Assembly: GCF_018977255.1 (NCBI RefSeq)
Contig: NW_024704742.1
Span: forward strand, 1,304,001 to 1,364,000
Source of the DNA: Callorhinchus milii
Taxonomy: Eukaryota
Direction of reading: 5' to 3'
Length of the DNA: 60,000 bases
Under the pieces are notes generated by a model, which was given only the letters and a program-made list of their open reading frames with translations, was not told where the DNA came from and did no database searches. Numbering within the stretch: position 1 is the stretch's first letter; the number at the start of each line of letters is the position of its first letter. Made by a program: the position numbers and the translations under genes. Below are positions 24,925 through 38,500 of this stretch, piece after piece.

Positions 24925-25332
24925 TAATAATAATAATAATAATAATAATCTGCCATTTGATACAGCTCCTTATCACGTCGTTGAGACATCTCAAAGCGCT
25001 TCACACAATATATTTAAAGAGGATTGACTGTGTATTTTGTGGGCGAAACACGGCAGCCAATTGCACACAGCAGTGTCCCACCAACAGTCGTGGGTGGATT
25101 GAGTGACCAAATTTTTTTTTGGGGGTGGTGGGGGGTGGTGGGTTTGGGGAGAGACTATTACTCATGGAAAGCAATTCGCCGATCGATTAACAGCCGGGTT
25201 CCTACGTACTGCTCGGTAAACAGAGGCGTGAGGAGTAAGGAAACTAGCCTAAGGTATTGCACCGCCTGGGAAACAAACTCAGGTCCTCTCGCTTGCGAAG
25301 TGAGAGCGCCAACCACTACGCTATGGGACTCC
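24925..25332 (-). mobile_element. Full-length SINE subfamily B
   Basis: All modules present, moderately diverged. Confidence 0.87.
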
Positions 25333-25796
25333 TCGAGTCCGGTAGCGTAGGCGGTGGTGCAAAACATCACATGCATCCTTTATCGGGCAGCACATGGTTT
25401 ATTAGCAGTGGAGGGGTCGCACATTCAAATGAGTGTGTTTGTGATTCCTAATTGCAGCTACGCAAATATGTTCTTAAAGAGATTAAAAAACGTTTGCACG
25501 GAATTTCCCGAAGGCAGCATCAATCACCGCTGCATTACACTGGCCTTGCTTACGTCAACTGCTAATTCTACAATTCAGAGAGGGTCCCATAAAACCAGCC
25601 AGTTTACAGTAGTGCCCTAAAAGTATTAATTATTAATAATGCATTTCTGTCATACAGTTAAATTATCTTTCTCTCTCTTTCACACACACACACACCAGAT
25701 AAACCACACGCTCTCTCACTTATTTTCCAAACTCTAGCTTTTGATCTTTACCATATGGTCCAGTGTCAGAGCAGAAAGCAACGACACAGATTACTT

Positions 25797-26123
25797 ATAA
25801 TAATAATAATAATAATCCTTGCATTTGATATAGTGCTCTTCACGTCAGGAGGACGTCCCAAAGCGCTTCACAGAACACACTGTAAAGTGAATTGACTGTA
25901 TGTTTGTGGGCGAACGCGGCAGCCAATTGCGCACAGCAATGTCCCACAAACAGTCGTAGATTGAAAATGACCAATTTATTATTTTATTTTTTTTGGAGGG
26001 ATTATTATTAGGCTCTGTGTGGAGTAAGGAAACTTGCCCAAGGTTTCGCCCTCTGCCTGGAATTGAACTCAGGTCTCTCGCTTGCAAAGCGAGTGCTCTA
26101 ACCACTGAGCTACAGGACTCCAC
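25797..26123 (-). mobile_element. Full-length young SINE, subfamily A
   Basis: Near-identical to the other A copies; head reads GTGGAGTCCTGTAGCTCAGTGG on the minus strand. Confidence 0.93.
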
Positions 26124-26893
26124 TTATGCTGCACGTAAGCCCCTTCCCCTCTAACTGGATCTGAAGCAGCTCAACACAGCAACCGCAGTGCGAGGGCGTG
26201 AACTATCTCCCCTCTACGCCTTTTAAATGTTAGCTTCACCTGCCCATAAAATACAGGAGTATTTCCTTATCCGCGGGAAATAAATTTTGCCTACGTGACC
26301 AGCCTCCAGCAAAGCCGATTTGTGAACGTGACCTTTCTTCCTACGGGTTTCACAATCGCTAAATCGTGGAGTATCTTTTAAGACTATCAGAGCCTGTACA
26401 CTCCCTGCATTCCACCAGACAATTAGCAAAAGATCCAAAGTATAAATGGGTTAAAAAAAAAAGTCTGTGAACAGAGCGTAAATTGTTTACAGGCTTCTGG
26501 TAAACAATAAGTATAATTTGCTCCAGATATAGCTTCACGGCACAAACTCTATAAAAAGGCTGATAACTTCCCATTATTTTGACCTTGACGGAGTGAAAAG
26601 CGAGACGGGTCACCTGAGTTTCCATTAGTTTAACCCAGTCTTAACCCTTCCGGTACTGGATTCTTCACAGAATAATTCACCACAATCATGAGTCACGTTC
26701 ATGGTAGCAAGAGCAAGGCAAACCCGTTGTAATAACCCCTAATAATAGTATGCGCTTGATATAACGCCTTATCACGTTGTTGAGCAAATGAGGGGTTCAC
26801 ACCATTGCACAGTAAAAAACGAAGACAAAGCCGTAAGTGTGAGAAGATGATGTTCCGTCGGTCGGGTAGCAATTACAAGGAAATCAAGCGTAC

Positions 26894-26992
26894 CTTCTTT
26901 CTCCTTGGCAGTGGTCTCGGTGTGTCTGTATTTAAAGCGCTGTGTGGGACTGGACAAGGCCTCACTGGGAAGAGTAGTTCGCTCGTGGCTTC
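26894..26992 (-). CDS. FAM13A: FAM13A internal coding exon (human exon ~6), linker
   Basis: Branch-like ctaat, acceptor taatactttcag|, donor AAG|gtacgc; 99 nt, phase 0->0. Translates as EATSELLFPVRPCPVPHSALNTDTPRPLPRRKK, resembling human EVYYKNSLP...ERDMPKPPPKTK in position, phase and C-terminal end. Confidence 0.8.
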
Positions 26993-28699
26993 CTGAAAGT
27001 ATTAATATTAACAGAACAATTAGTGCAGAATTAAAACAAGCTCCAGATCACAACCGGACGCCCTTCTGTTAAGAATAATGATAAGACTGCAATCAGATAA
27101 AAATGACTGTGCATTGATCTTGTAAGTGTAGCAGGTTTAACAACAACAACGACGACAAAATGACATTTGTATAGCGCCTTTCACTTCGGGAGGACGTCCC
27201 AAGGCGCTGAACTGTCAGTGTTTTGGACCCGAGCTGGGGGTCTGGATAGGGGAGGGCGGAGGTTTTAGTTCAGAATATAAGAAAGTACAAGTAGTCAAAA
27301 CTTCATATGATAAAATTGACTGATGTCTCAAGTCACGCAGTTCATCGTCCTAACTTTCATGGTATCATTATACTGAGGTCAGACAATTCATGTGAGGAGA
27401 AGAAAAAAATTACGATTATCCTAACATCTGATATACTTGCCAATAATGGTGAAACGCCTCAAAACTCTGTATAGAAATTATCGTCAAGTGCAGTGACTGT
27501 CCAAGCAAATTTAGCGGCCAATTTCCAGAAGCACAATCCTTTGGTTGCTATGTAATTCACTAATGAAGACACAGCGGAGACTGCTGTGCTCTTCCAACAG
27601 TGCATTCATTCCCCAGGAGATAAAATTGCAGTAACAACACAATGCAAGAGACACAATATTTTGCATTATCTGCAGAGAAGGGCCCAAATATAACAACAAT
27701 AATAATCATCATCATCATCATCATGCATATAATGGCTTTCATGTGGGGAGGAAGCCTCAAAGCATTTTACAGGATATAATGTAAAGTGTAATGTGTAGTG
27801 GCTTCAATTTGTATTTGTGGCTGCGAATTTGCACTCAGCAGTGTCCCCAAAACAGGCATGAAATGAAGGAGCAATTATTTTTATAACTCTGTATATGTGT
27901 ACAAGCAGCTGTACCTGACAACTTGGGTTATTGTGTGGACCACTTAAGTGGTGAATCTGCATGACTATCTCGGCTTCAGCGACTTAACAGAATTCTACGG
28001 TCTCTGCTTCACAATAGTTTGGAAGCGCAGCAGTACTGGGTGCAAGGTAGTAAATATCAGCAGGCACACTGAACCGATGAATATTAATAGCCAAAAAGAG
28101 GAGACGGAGATTTAAAATGGCCCCAAGATGGAGCTGTTATTGATTTTCCTACATTAAACTCTCACTGTACCGCAGCTGAGGACTTCGCTCCCTCTCGAAA
28201 GTGCGGTACCAAATCTATTTCAGGATTATGCTGGAGCCTGATGAGACAGCTGCCAAATGAGTCTTTGCAACCAGTCCGAGGACCGCTGGACGATCAGCAA
28301 CGCTGGATTCCAGCCAAACAATTCGCAGAGCTAGCTTTGATCTCAACGCCATACTCCTCAAATATAGTCCATCACAACTCAAGGACTTTCCTCTCAATTT
28401 CTTCCAAAAGCAACAGATTACACCAGGAGAGTGGAATGTTCTTTACTCCAAGTGTCCTTGGTTGATTCCACCTACAGATATGAAGTTTCTGCTGGAAAAA
28501 TTTCTTTGGCAAGCAGGGTTTCAGGTCCAGAGTTTCACTGAATAAAACTAGAATGTCTATCTGCCTTCGCCACACAGCCTCAAATCCAGAAGAATATTCT
28601 ACAGATAATCCACGATAATACAGATAATCCACACATTTTCTTTGAATTAAAAGTACAACAAAATCAACACAGTTTGCAACTAAAAGCACAGTTCGGCAA

Positions 28700-29043
28700 T
28701 TGCATTTGATATACCGCCTCATGATGTCATTGCGATGTCTCAAAGCGCTTCACAAAATATATTGTAAAGTGAATTGACTGCGTTTCTTCTGAGCGCAACC
28801 CGACAGCCAATTGCACAGAGTAGTGCCCAAAATATTTACTTATTTATTTATTTTTGGGGAGGGATTATTACTCCGGAAAAGCAATCCGCCAATCGACTAA
28901 CAATTGGTTTCCCACTTACTGCCAGGTAAACAGAGCCATGCGGAGTAAGGAAAGTTGCCTCAGGTTTCGCCCCGCCCAGGATTCGAACCCGGGTCCTCTC
29001 GCTTGCGACGCACGAGCAATAACCACTACGCTACGGTACTCCA
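28700..29043 (-). mobile_element. Full-length SINE subfamily B
   Basis: Box B GGTTCGAATCC, central segment and tail. Confidence 0.85.
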
Positions 29044-29493
29044 CCACATTTTCCACAGTGGCCGATAGATAGCTGAAGGCGTGGTCAAAGAGGAAGGTCT
29101 TGAGGCAGACCTTGAAGAGGCAACGGAAGGGTCGAGTTGTAGGGACTCCGGGATAGAGTTCCAGAGAACGGAGGCAAATAGGCTGAAAGTCTGACCACTG
29201 ATGGTGGGGTAGGTAGGGCAGGGGATGTGAAGGAGGCCGGTGTCTCTGAAGAGGCGGGCAAGACCACAGAGGGATTTAAAGGTTAGGATGAGAATTTAAT
29301 AAGAACATAAGAAATGCAAGACCTAAAATGCATCTAGTTGGCCTTCCACCTTCCTGGCGGTCGCCTGCACATATGTCCCAAACTACCTATGTCCTGTATC
29401 CCATAATGCTGTTTCCTAAAAGAAAACTCTCTAATCTGTGTTTGAAAGAATCAACACTTCCTACTTCAACCGTCTCCCTCTGGAGCCTGCTTT

Positions 29494-29821
29494 TAATAAT
29501 AATAATAATAATAATCCTTGCATTTGATATAGCGCTCTTCACGTCGGGAGGACGTCCCAAAGCGCTTCACAGAACACACTGTAAAGTGAATTGACTGTAT
29601 GTTTGTGGGCGAACGCGGCAGCCAATTGCGCACAGCAATGTCCCACAAACAGTCGTATATTGAAAATGACCAATTTTTATTTTTATTTTTGGTTTTGGAG
29701 GATTATTATTAGGTGTGTGGAGTAAGGAAACTTGCCCGAGGTTTCGCCCTCTGCCTGGAATTGAACTCAGGTCTCTCACTTGCAAAGCGAGTACTCTAAC
29801 CACTGAGCTACAGGACTCCAC
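29494..29821 (-). mobile_element. Full-length young SINE, subfamily A
   Basis: Near-identical to the other A copies. Confidence 0.93.
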
Positions 29822-30700
29822 TTGACAATATTGACATGACACGCGCACATAAGGTCATTTGCTGCAGGAGCCCTCTGGATGTGCGGAGGCACCGTACATA
29901 CTCTGGAGGTTTGGAACGCAGGATTGCCTCCAATTTGGTGGAAATGTCAAGTCTCTAAACCCACAGAATAAAACAGGTATAAATTACAATTTAATTACAA
30001 TGGCTTTGCGTCTGTTGTTGGGAACTTAACAGAAGCTGTGCACCAGCAGGTAAAGTAGATTACTTGGCAACAATTTACTGGTATCTGACGGGTGGTCTGG
30101 AGTGAGACAGTCAAGGATGTTTTTAGTCTAGTCTCGAGGAGCAGAGATTGATAGCTTGTGCAAAATCTCTGGCTGTAAATAATGAGAGAATTTCATTATC
30201 TCATGACTGGAAGGAGAATACATACCTGTAATTCTATTAAGCCTTCCCACGCGGTGTCATAATCAGTTGAAGTTAAGTGAAACAAATAGCCCTGGGCCAC
30301 TGATAAAACGTTCAATTATGTTTTAAAAGTTCAATTGTCCAGACGTGAGTACAGCATGGAACCGAATACCCACTCTATGTTAGGCCAACCCACATTGTGG
30401 AGATGAAACAATGTGGAGGACATTATATCAACACAGCACACTGTATAATACACAGTACTCCCCAGAGACTTCTCCCGCCAGAAGCTACACTATCATGATG
30501 ATAACACAGAATGACAGGCAGTCTTTTTTCACACAAACAGTCGTTTCGCCCACAAATATACAGTCAATTCACTTTACAGCATATCCTGGGAAGCGCTTCG
30601 AGACGTCTCGAAGACGTGAAAAGCGCTATATCAAATGCAAAGATTATTATTATTATTATTTTCTACCCCCTTCACAGTGACAGCCTTTTCTCTGTCCTTC

Positions 30701-30800
30701 TGTGTGTGTGTGTGTGGGGTGTGTGTGTGTGTGTGGGGGGGGGTGGTGTGTGTGTGTGTGTGCTTCTCTTTCTTTCTCTGCGTTTGTATGTGTGTATGTG
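30701..30800. repeat. Interrupted (TG)n microsatellite
   Basis: Directly visible. Confidence 0.9.
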
Positions 30801-31669
30801 TCTCTCTCCGTTGGTCTCTCGAGGTCTGTTCCTACCCCTCTTGACGCTCCGAGATGCTACCCCACATTAAAGGTGCTATATTTAGATAGATTTACATATG
30901 GACGGAACCCGTCATTTGTGGGGGTGAAGGGTGACGGGGCATCCGTCTGTATTTGCCATATAATTTCTACATAATACAAACTTAATAAGCCTGCAGAAGC
31001 ACCAACAGGTCCTTTTTCATCCTTGTCAGTTAGTTCATTTGCGAACCTCAGCCTGGACCCGACCAAGCGAGGCCCAAGAAAAAAATATGCAGGGTTAATG
31101 GCTTCAGTGGGGAACTGCTTGACCAGAGAAAAAATAGGAGCAGACTGAAGGAAAACAGCAACATTTGCGCCGGGAAACTACAAAGGCTGCTTCTGGTGGT
31201 AGAGGCACAATCCATATTAGGTTTCAAAAGGAAACTAGATAAAAATCTGAGAAAGAATGGGCGATAGGGTAGGTTGACCACACAAAGAATGGCACCTCCA
31301 ACAATGCAGTGCTCCCACCCCCCACCCATCCCAGCACTGCATCAAGGGTGTCAGCCTATGAGCTCAAAATCCCAACATGGGGCTTGAACCCACAACCTAT
31401 GACTGAGGCATGAGTGCTACCAACTGAGCCAGGCGAACATCGGTACGTTAAATCTCCCAAATGTCGAACACTGAATCTCCAATGTTGGCTCTACTCTCAC
31501 GTCTCTCAGTCTCTTAAATGTATAACACCCAACGACTCATGAGTAGTTGGTGCACCCATCAGTTAATGATGGCGTCAGCTTGGCTCAATCAGTAATCATT
31601 CCTCTCCATAGTCAGGAGTCATTCCCCAAGGCTGAACAGGGCCACAGCCCAACTATCTTTAGCTGTCAG

Positions 31670-32050
31670 ACTGGCTTAGTTGGTAGCATTTTTCCCTCTG
31701 AGTCCGAAGGTTGGGGGTTCAAAGACCCACGTCAGAACTTTTGAGGTCATGGTCTACCCTCAATCTAGTGCAGAGCTCGGGGAATGCTCTATTACTGGAG
31801 ATGCCACTCTTGAAGATGAGGTGTTAACCTGAGGTCCCATCTATCTGTTCATTTGGATGTTACAGATCCCATGGCACTATTCAAAAAGAGAAAGCAGTTT
31901 ATCCCAGTGCCTTGGCCAACAATCCCTAGATAAAATAGGTCATTTGCTTTGTGACTGATTGCGGAACACTGCAGTGCGCAAATTAGCTGCCATGTTTTCC
32001 TACAAAGTCACTACACTTTACAAACATTTTGTGAAGTTCCTTGAGATATT
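31670..32050 (+). mobile_element. DeuSINE (SacSINE1-like), near full length, old
   Basis: tRNA-like head CTCTGAGTCCGAAGGTTGGGGGTTCAA and Deu domain AGATCCCATGGCACTATT. Confidence 0.8.
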
Positions 32051-32099
32051 ACAGGCCCAAAATTGTTGCTAGTGGTCCCCACAATCATAGGAGCTCAAC

Positions 32100-32822
32100 T
32101 TCAACAACAACAACTTGGATTTATATAGCGCCCTCCACGCCGGACGGCGTCTCAGAGTGCTTCACAGTAACGGATCCCGGGGCCGAGCCGGGTGGAGGGG
32201 GAGGGGGAGGAAGGTGACCAAAGGCACGGTCGAAAAGGAAGTTCTTCAGCCGAGCCCTGAAAATAGGAAGAGAGGGGGCGAGGCGAAGGGAGTGAGGAAG
32301 GGAGTTCCAGAGCCTCGGGGCATCATGGCTGAAGGCACGATGTTGTGAGGAGAGAGGAGGATAGAGAGGTTGGGGGGGGTGCAGAGGAGTGGAGGGATTT
32401 GAAGACAAGTGTGAGGATCTTGAAGTCAATCCTCTCTGGGACAGGCAGCCAGTGCAGTCTGGCAAGGACTGGGGTAATCGGGGAGCGGAGTTTCGTGCGG
32501 GTGAGAATGCAAGTGGCAGAGTTTTGTTAAATATGGTTAATCTGGATTTTAAGGATGGTAGTGGAGGGGAGGCCGGCGAGGAGAGCGTTAGAATAGTCCA
32601 GCTGAGAGGTTACAAAGCCATGGACCAGAGTTTCAGCAGCTTTCGGGGAGAGGTATTAGCGGAGACGGGCGATGTATCGGAGGTGGAAGAAGTTGGTGCT
32701 GGTGAGGGACCGGATGTGGGGGAGGAAGGATAATTGGGGGTCGAACCTGACGCCTAGATTGCGTACGGGTTCGGAGAGTTTTAGGGGGAGGTCGGGCAGG
32801 TGGTGGAGGTGAGAACCATGAG
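32100..32822 (-). mobile_element. L2-clade LINE 3' fragment (3' UTR type 2)
   Basis: EPVRNLGVRFDPQLSFLPHI and RAFSHDAPRLWNSLP; (GTT)n tail. Confidence 0.9.
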
Positions 32823-34091
32823 AACTTCGCTGGCAAAACCCTCTGTATACTCCACAGTAAACCTTAAACTCGGCAACCACAAGAAACCACAAGAAACTTA
32901 AGAGAGAGCAAAAAAAAACCCACTATCACTATCAGTTTGATTTCTTCAATTTATCCTGTGAAGTGCTTTGAGACGTCTCAACGATGTGATAAGACGCTAC
33001 GCTAAATGCAAGGAATATTATTATTATCCGTCAACAACGGCTTACCTACTCGTCTTGTCCTGATGGACTCAATTCCCCCGTCTTGTTGGGATTCCTGTAC
33101 ATAGTTGTCTAGATCCAAGAGGATTTCCCTAAAACCAGTGTCGGTATTAATTTGAAAACGAATACCATCAGTTGCAACAGCTGATCAAACTTAGACCAAG
33201 TATTATGGTTGGTACAGAACGTATGAGGAATGTGCCTTTTTCATCGGCTGTAAAGGCCACAACAGCACAGCAAACCAATGAACAATCACAAATAGTTTAG
33301 TCCCACAGGTTTCAGTACAGGATTTATGTTAACAATGGGTCCAATCCAGGACAATGGAAATAATTTCACAATAAGCAATTGCACGACATCCACTTCATTG
33401 GATGAATGCAAAACGCCGTATCCGATATGAAAATGCTTTTCGAAAATGTACTGACAAAAGCTAAGCTGCACAGATGGTCGTGGATATTAAACTGATTACC
33501 ACATGAAAGGTTTCTGCCTCTCCACTTAACGATCCATTTGTTATTGAATTTATGCTTTTACATGTGGGTGAAGGAGCAATGTCGTCAGGAATTTCTAGTA
33601 TGCAAGTCATCAACGCCTCCGTAAAACAGTGGGCAAGTTCAGAACATTGTGTTTTTAAACAGAGGCGAGGGCAATTATAGTCGCATCCAGCACTGTTCAC
33701 ATAATTCCGATGATATCTTCTCATGTGAAATAGCTTGTACCAAAACGAGGAAAAAAATGCGAGAAAAATGACCTCACATGGCAGTTTTCTGAGAGGAGTT
33801 TCTGGGAGTGGTATGATTTAGGAACTGGGCGATGCTGTGATTTCTCTGTAAGGTGCTGTGACATCTATTTAGTTTTCTTTTTCATTTGATTAAGTTTCAC
33901 ATGGCGAGGTTACGCCTGGAATCAGAGACACTGCTCAGTTTGGAAAACAGCCAAGATGGTACATGCCGACCTAATTGGGCACATGACACAGAGCCTAATC
34001 CTGTTCCACATGATACCCACATACTATCAATTTCCAACAGAAGATACTGGAAAGCAATTTTTCTGGCTTTTTGCCTTTCCTTCCTGGATCA

Positions 34092-34520
34092 ATAATAGTA
34101 ATCCTTGCATTTGATACAACGCCTTATCACATAGTTGAGATGACTCAAAATGTCCCGCAGGATATACTTAAAGTGGATTGACTGTAGTTTGTGGGCAAAA
34201 CACGGCAGCCGGTTACACACAGCAATGTCCCACAAACAGCCATGGAGTAAGTGATCAATTTTATTTGGGGGATTTGTTGACCAGATGCTGGGAGAGACTC
34301 CGTGCCCTTTTCAAAGAGTGCCATGGGATCCTGAATGTCCACTAGAACAAGCAGATGGGACTTTGGTTTAATGTCTCATCTGAAGGACGGCATCTCTGAC
34401 GATCCAGCACTGCATTGGAGTGTCATCTTAGACTATGTGATTCCAAGTCCAGACACGGGTTTGAACCCACAACCTTCTGACTCAAGAGACGAGAGCGCCA
34501 CCACTGAGCCGGGCTGACAC
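34092..34520 (-). mobile_element. DeuSINE (SacSINE1-like), full length
   Basis: Minus-strand head GGCTCAGTGGTGGCGCTCTCGTCTCTTGAGTCAGAAGGTTGTGGGTTCAAACCC, Deu domain and tail. Confidence 0.85.
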
Positions 34521-35056
34521 ACGAGGTTCAAGGGCACTGAAGTCAGTTGTACAGTATATTCTGTGAAGCGCTTTGAGACGTCTCGAAGACGTGATAAGCG
34601 CTATATCAAATGCAAGGATTATTATTATTATTATTATTATTATTATAAAACACGCACATACACAGAAAGATGCCCACGTGCAAACTCACAAACCCTTAAA
34701 ACTGAAGCTAATTTTTTTAGGTCTTGTAACGTAGTCAAACCTTTGTCTTCGGCTCAAAAAAAATGCTTATTTTTTCTTCTTCCTACCATAATATTTGTGC
34801 ATAGTTCGCAAATGATTTCATGAAGCTAGCAACAACGATAAACAACCGACTCTACATTGAATCTGTGGGGAAAAAGAACATATTGTTTTAATGCACCACT
34901 TGTTCCAAACAATGTTGATTATAAATCACTTCGGCCAGCTATCTGCCATTAGTGGCAAAACAATCAATCCCTCGAGAGGACTTCTGCGTGTCGGCGATAA
35001 AGAGATTCCATCTCAGCATTTGTAGGCTTCATACCAATTGCCGTACACTTGGTCTT

Positions 35057-35190
35057 CAGTAAGTTGGTATATTTGGTACATTTATTATATTACATATGTG
35101 TACATCATGTAATCCAGTAAGTTGGTTTGTCACATTCACTATATTGTATATATTTTACATTATGTTCAGCAAGTTGGTATATTTGTATAT
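35057..35190. repeat. Degenerate ~55-bp tandem repeat, ~2.5 copies
   Basis: CAGTAAGTTGGT recurs at 35057 and 35115, and as CAGCAAGTTGGT at 35167, with similar AT-rich following sequence. Confidence 0.65.
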
Positions 35191-35592
35191 TAGTTCAAGA
35201 TCCTCGTCCTCGCTTTCAAACCCTCCATGGCCTTGCTCCCCCACCACCCCACCTCCGTGCCCTGCTAACCCCACACCGGCCTGCCCGCAGGCTCTGCGTG
35301 GCGGACTCTGGCTCCACATTAAACACCATCGTCGGTCTGGCCTTCAGCCTTTCTGCCCTTAACATTTGGAACTCCATCCCACAGTCCCCTTGTCTGGCAC
35401 CCTCCCTCACCTCCTTCAAGGTCCATCTCAAGACCTTCCTCTTCGACCGCACCTTCGGTCAGCCTCCTACCCCCATCCCTCCTGCCATCCACCCTCCTGA
35501 TCCCAAACTCCAGCTCGGGTGCACATCCTTGAACGTCCAGCGCCTTGGGAAGTCCTCCCAACGTGAAAGGCACTATATAATTTGCTGTTGTT
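35190..35592 (+). mobile_element. L2 3' fragment (type 1 tail)
   Basis: LHGLAPP and IWNSIPQS..FKVHLKTFLFDR. Confidence 0.88.
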
Positions 35593-38500
35593 CACTCTGG
35601 ATGGCAGGAGGATTAATTGCACAGTTGCCACTCAAACTGTGTCACGTTAAACACATTTTGGGGGAAAATTCCTTTTACACAGTTCCACATTTCCAAAGTG
35701 GGTTATAGATGTGAATGTGTACGACAGAATCTTTGTTTTATGCTCTGGGTCCCTGCAAACCTTCCGAGGATCTTTCCAGCTCCATCTGGGATTGGCTGCA
35801 GTACCATTTTGAACAGCATCCGAGCATCAAAACTGAATCCACATAAAATGTGGCAGCTTTTTGGCATCAAAAATGTTCTTTTTGACTGGAGCATACACTT
35901 CTCAAATATCTTACAGAAGTTTCAATACTACATTGAAACTTTGCTACCACTCCCTCAGTAAATATTCAGGGTATAAGTCAACAGAACTGCTTGGCTGAGC
36001 CCTCATACTTCTACAGTACAGGAATAATAATCCAATAATCCTTGCCTTTGATTATAGCGTCTAGGAAGGAGTCTAATGGAAGCAATTTGAACACAGTTAT
36101 ATGAAGACATTTATGTGATGTCTTTTTAATTCTCATTCCCATGAAGCTTGTGAGGAAATACATCAACGTGTCACTTCAGGGTAGAATAGAAATAAGGAAT
36201 TCAGAACCTTATAAAGGATTAAATTGGGACTTTGAGTTCAAAGTCTCGGCTGACGCTGGAGGGGATAACACTGCATTGTCAGAAGTGATGTTCTTTGGAA
36301 GAGACATAAAATCGGTTTGCTGTCTGTTCAGGTGGACATTATGTACCTCACAAAACTATTGAAAAAGCGATAGGAGTTTCTCCACGTGTCCTGGACAACA
36401 ATCCCCCAAATAATATTAGTCGTTCACATCAGGGCTCTTTGTGGAACACAGTAAATTTGCTACCCTGTTCACTACAATATGCACAGTCACTACACTTTAT
36501 GGTAAATCCTGAAAAGCGCTTTGACAATTCCTCCTCACATGAACATCATTTTTATTTACACAATAAACCGAGCTTCAACGCACTGGATCCCCATTGGCAA
36601 TAAAAGCTCAAACTGTGCCTTATCAGGACCTACGTTCAGGCAGGTGGACATCTCACCGTCAATAGCCCTCATTAGTTGGTCTTCATTAATTCATTAATTG
36701 ACCCAGATGTGTGCCGGGTCGAGAATAATATGTGAACCCCATCAGACCCACTGAAGGCAGCTCAGCGATTGTTCTTCTGAGTAGCACTTTAAATGACCAT
36801 TTAACTCGGCACCCAGTCATGCAACCCGTACATGTGTGCCAGTCAGAAATATTATTCATCTTTACATCACATGCATATCTCACTGGTAACATTCGGCATA
36901 AATCTCTCTATTGACACTTAAACAATTTATCCACCTGACCTATCTACTTTTCCCATTAACCCAAACATAGCAAGACACCCCCACTGAAACACAAAGTGAC
37001 GCATGCTTTTTCTGGTGAGTCGGGTATCTGCCACATTCTGAAATTCATCGTCAGGCTTAAACGTAGCCAAACCAAACGGATAGTTCCACTGCCCTCGGGC
37101 GTTCAAACCGGCTAAATTCCTGGAGCATGCCTGCCGTTAAAAGCTCTCCTGCTGCGTTTCGAGCTGGGACCACCCTACACGTTAGGGCCTTGGCTGGCTG
37201 GGGTTAACGGGAGCTGAGCAGGAATGGCTCCCGGTCGCTAGTGTTTACTCCGTCCTTGTTGTTGACTGGCCAGCCTGTCTGTCATCAGCAGTTCTCTGGA
37301 GAACTGCGGACCCGCCTGGCTCGGGCTATGTACCAGTACAAAATTATGAAATATCCCATTCGATGCTGATTGTTCCAGGCCCTTTAGGACCATTGGAATG
37401 TCACGTCTGGAATGCAGTCAAGCAACACCGAACAATACAATGTTAGTTTGACACATTGCCTTTCGGAGCGTCGAGCTCTTTGGCTTCCTGCTTTTGGAAG
37501 GTTGCCATGGTTGTGTTCTCCTCAGCTCAGGGTAACAAACAAACCAGGCAGCGTCGAGGCAAAGTAGCAGCGGCCCATTTAAATTGTCAAGTGGCCTAAT
37601 ACGTTTTTTTTTAAAAATCACAAAAATAAAAAACCTGGATCAATTAATCCCCGCCCCCACCCCCCCAACACCACCACCACCGTCGCCATCGTCCTCCCAA
37701 GAAAATTAAACTTCACCGAATGACAATCGCAAAAGAAACCAAGGGGGAGGTACGACAACTTACATTTATACAGCACCCTACACGCGAGGTAGCGCCTGGG
37801 AGCGCTTAACAGTGGCAGAGCTTGAGTCAAGTCAGGGAGAGATGCGAGGTGACCACAGGCACGGTCAAAGAGGAAGGTCTTCAGGCATGATCTGACAACG
37901 GGCAAGGAGGGGCCAAGGCGGAGGGAACGAGGCGGGTAATTCCAGAATTTATGGTGAATGTTGGCAAAATTTGACTTTAAAGATCTTTATGTATAACAGT
38001 CAAAATGATCTGTGGTGTGCTGTAAAGGGGACTGTGTTGTCAGGGCCAAATAACTTTACTGACACCACAATTTGTTTTGACTTCTTTATGGCACCTAAAG
38101 TAGCGTTAAGTTAAAAGAAATGCACTTCCGTTGCATTCTTTGATCATTCTCCACCTCGCTTCACTGGTTCCCAGGCAGAGTATACGATAAGTTGCATTTC
38201 ATTTACGAGGATTGTGAAGCAATGTCTGTTTTAACAATCGATGGAGCAGACAGGAGATGACAAGAAAACAGGCATCCATCCACACAACTTCCAGATTGTG
38301 GCAAAACTTTCCACGTTCCGTAACTTCATTTTACACCATTCCAACACAAGACACAGGAGCTCATGGTAACACAATGACCCTTGATTAACCGAGCACTGAG
38401 TGATAGTGTAGCTGGTAAATGATTAAATATTGCTAGAGACTGAACGTACGGTACATTCACCCACAAAATAGACAGTCAATTCACTTTACAGCATATCCTA

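Noticed and set aside
28238..28275. CTGATGA as a second hammerhead core
   Set aside because: No GAAA follows the putative stem II.
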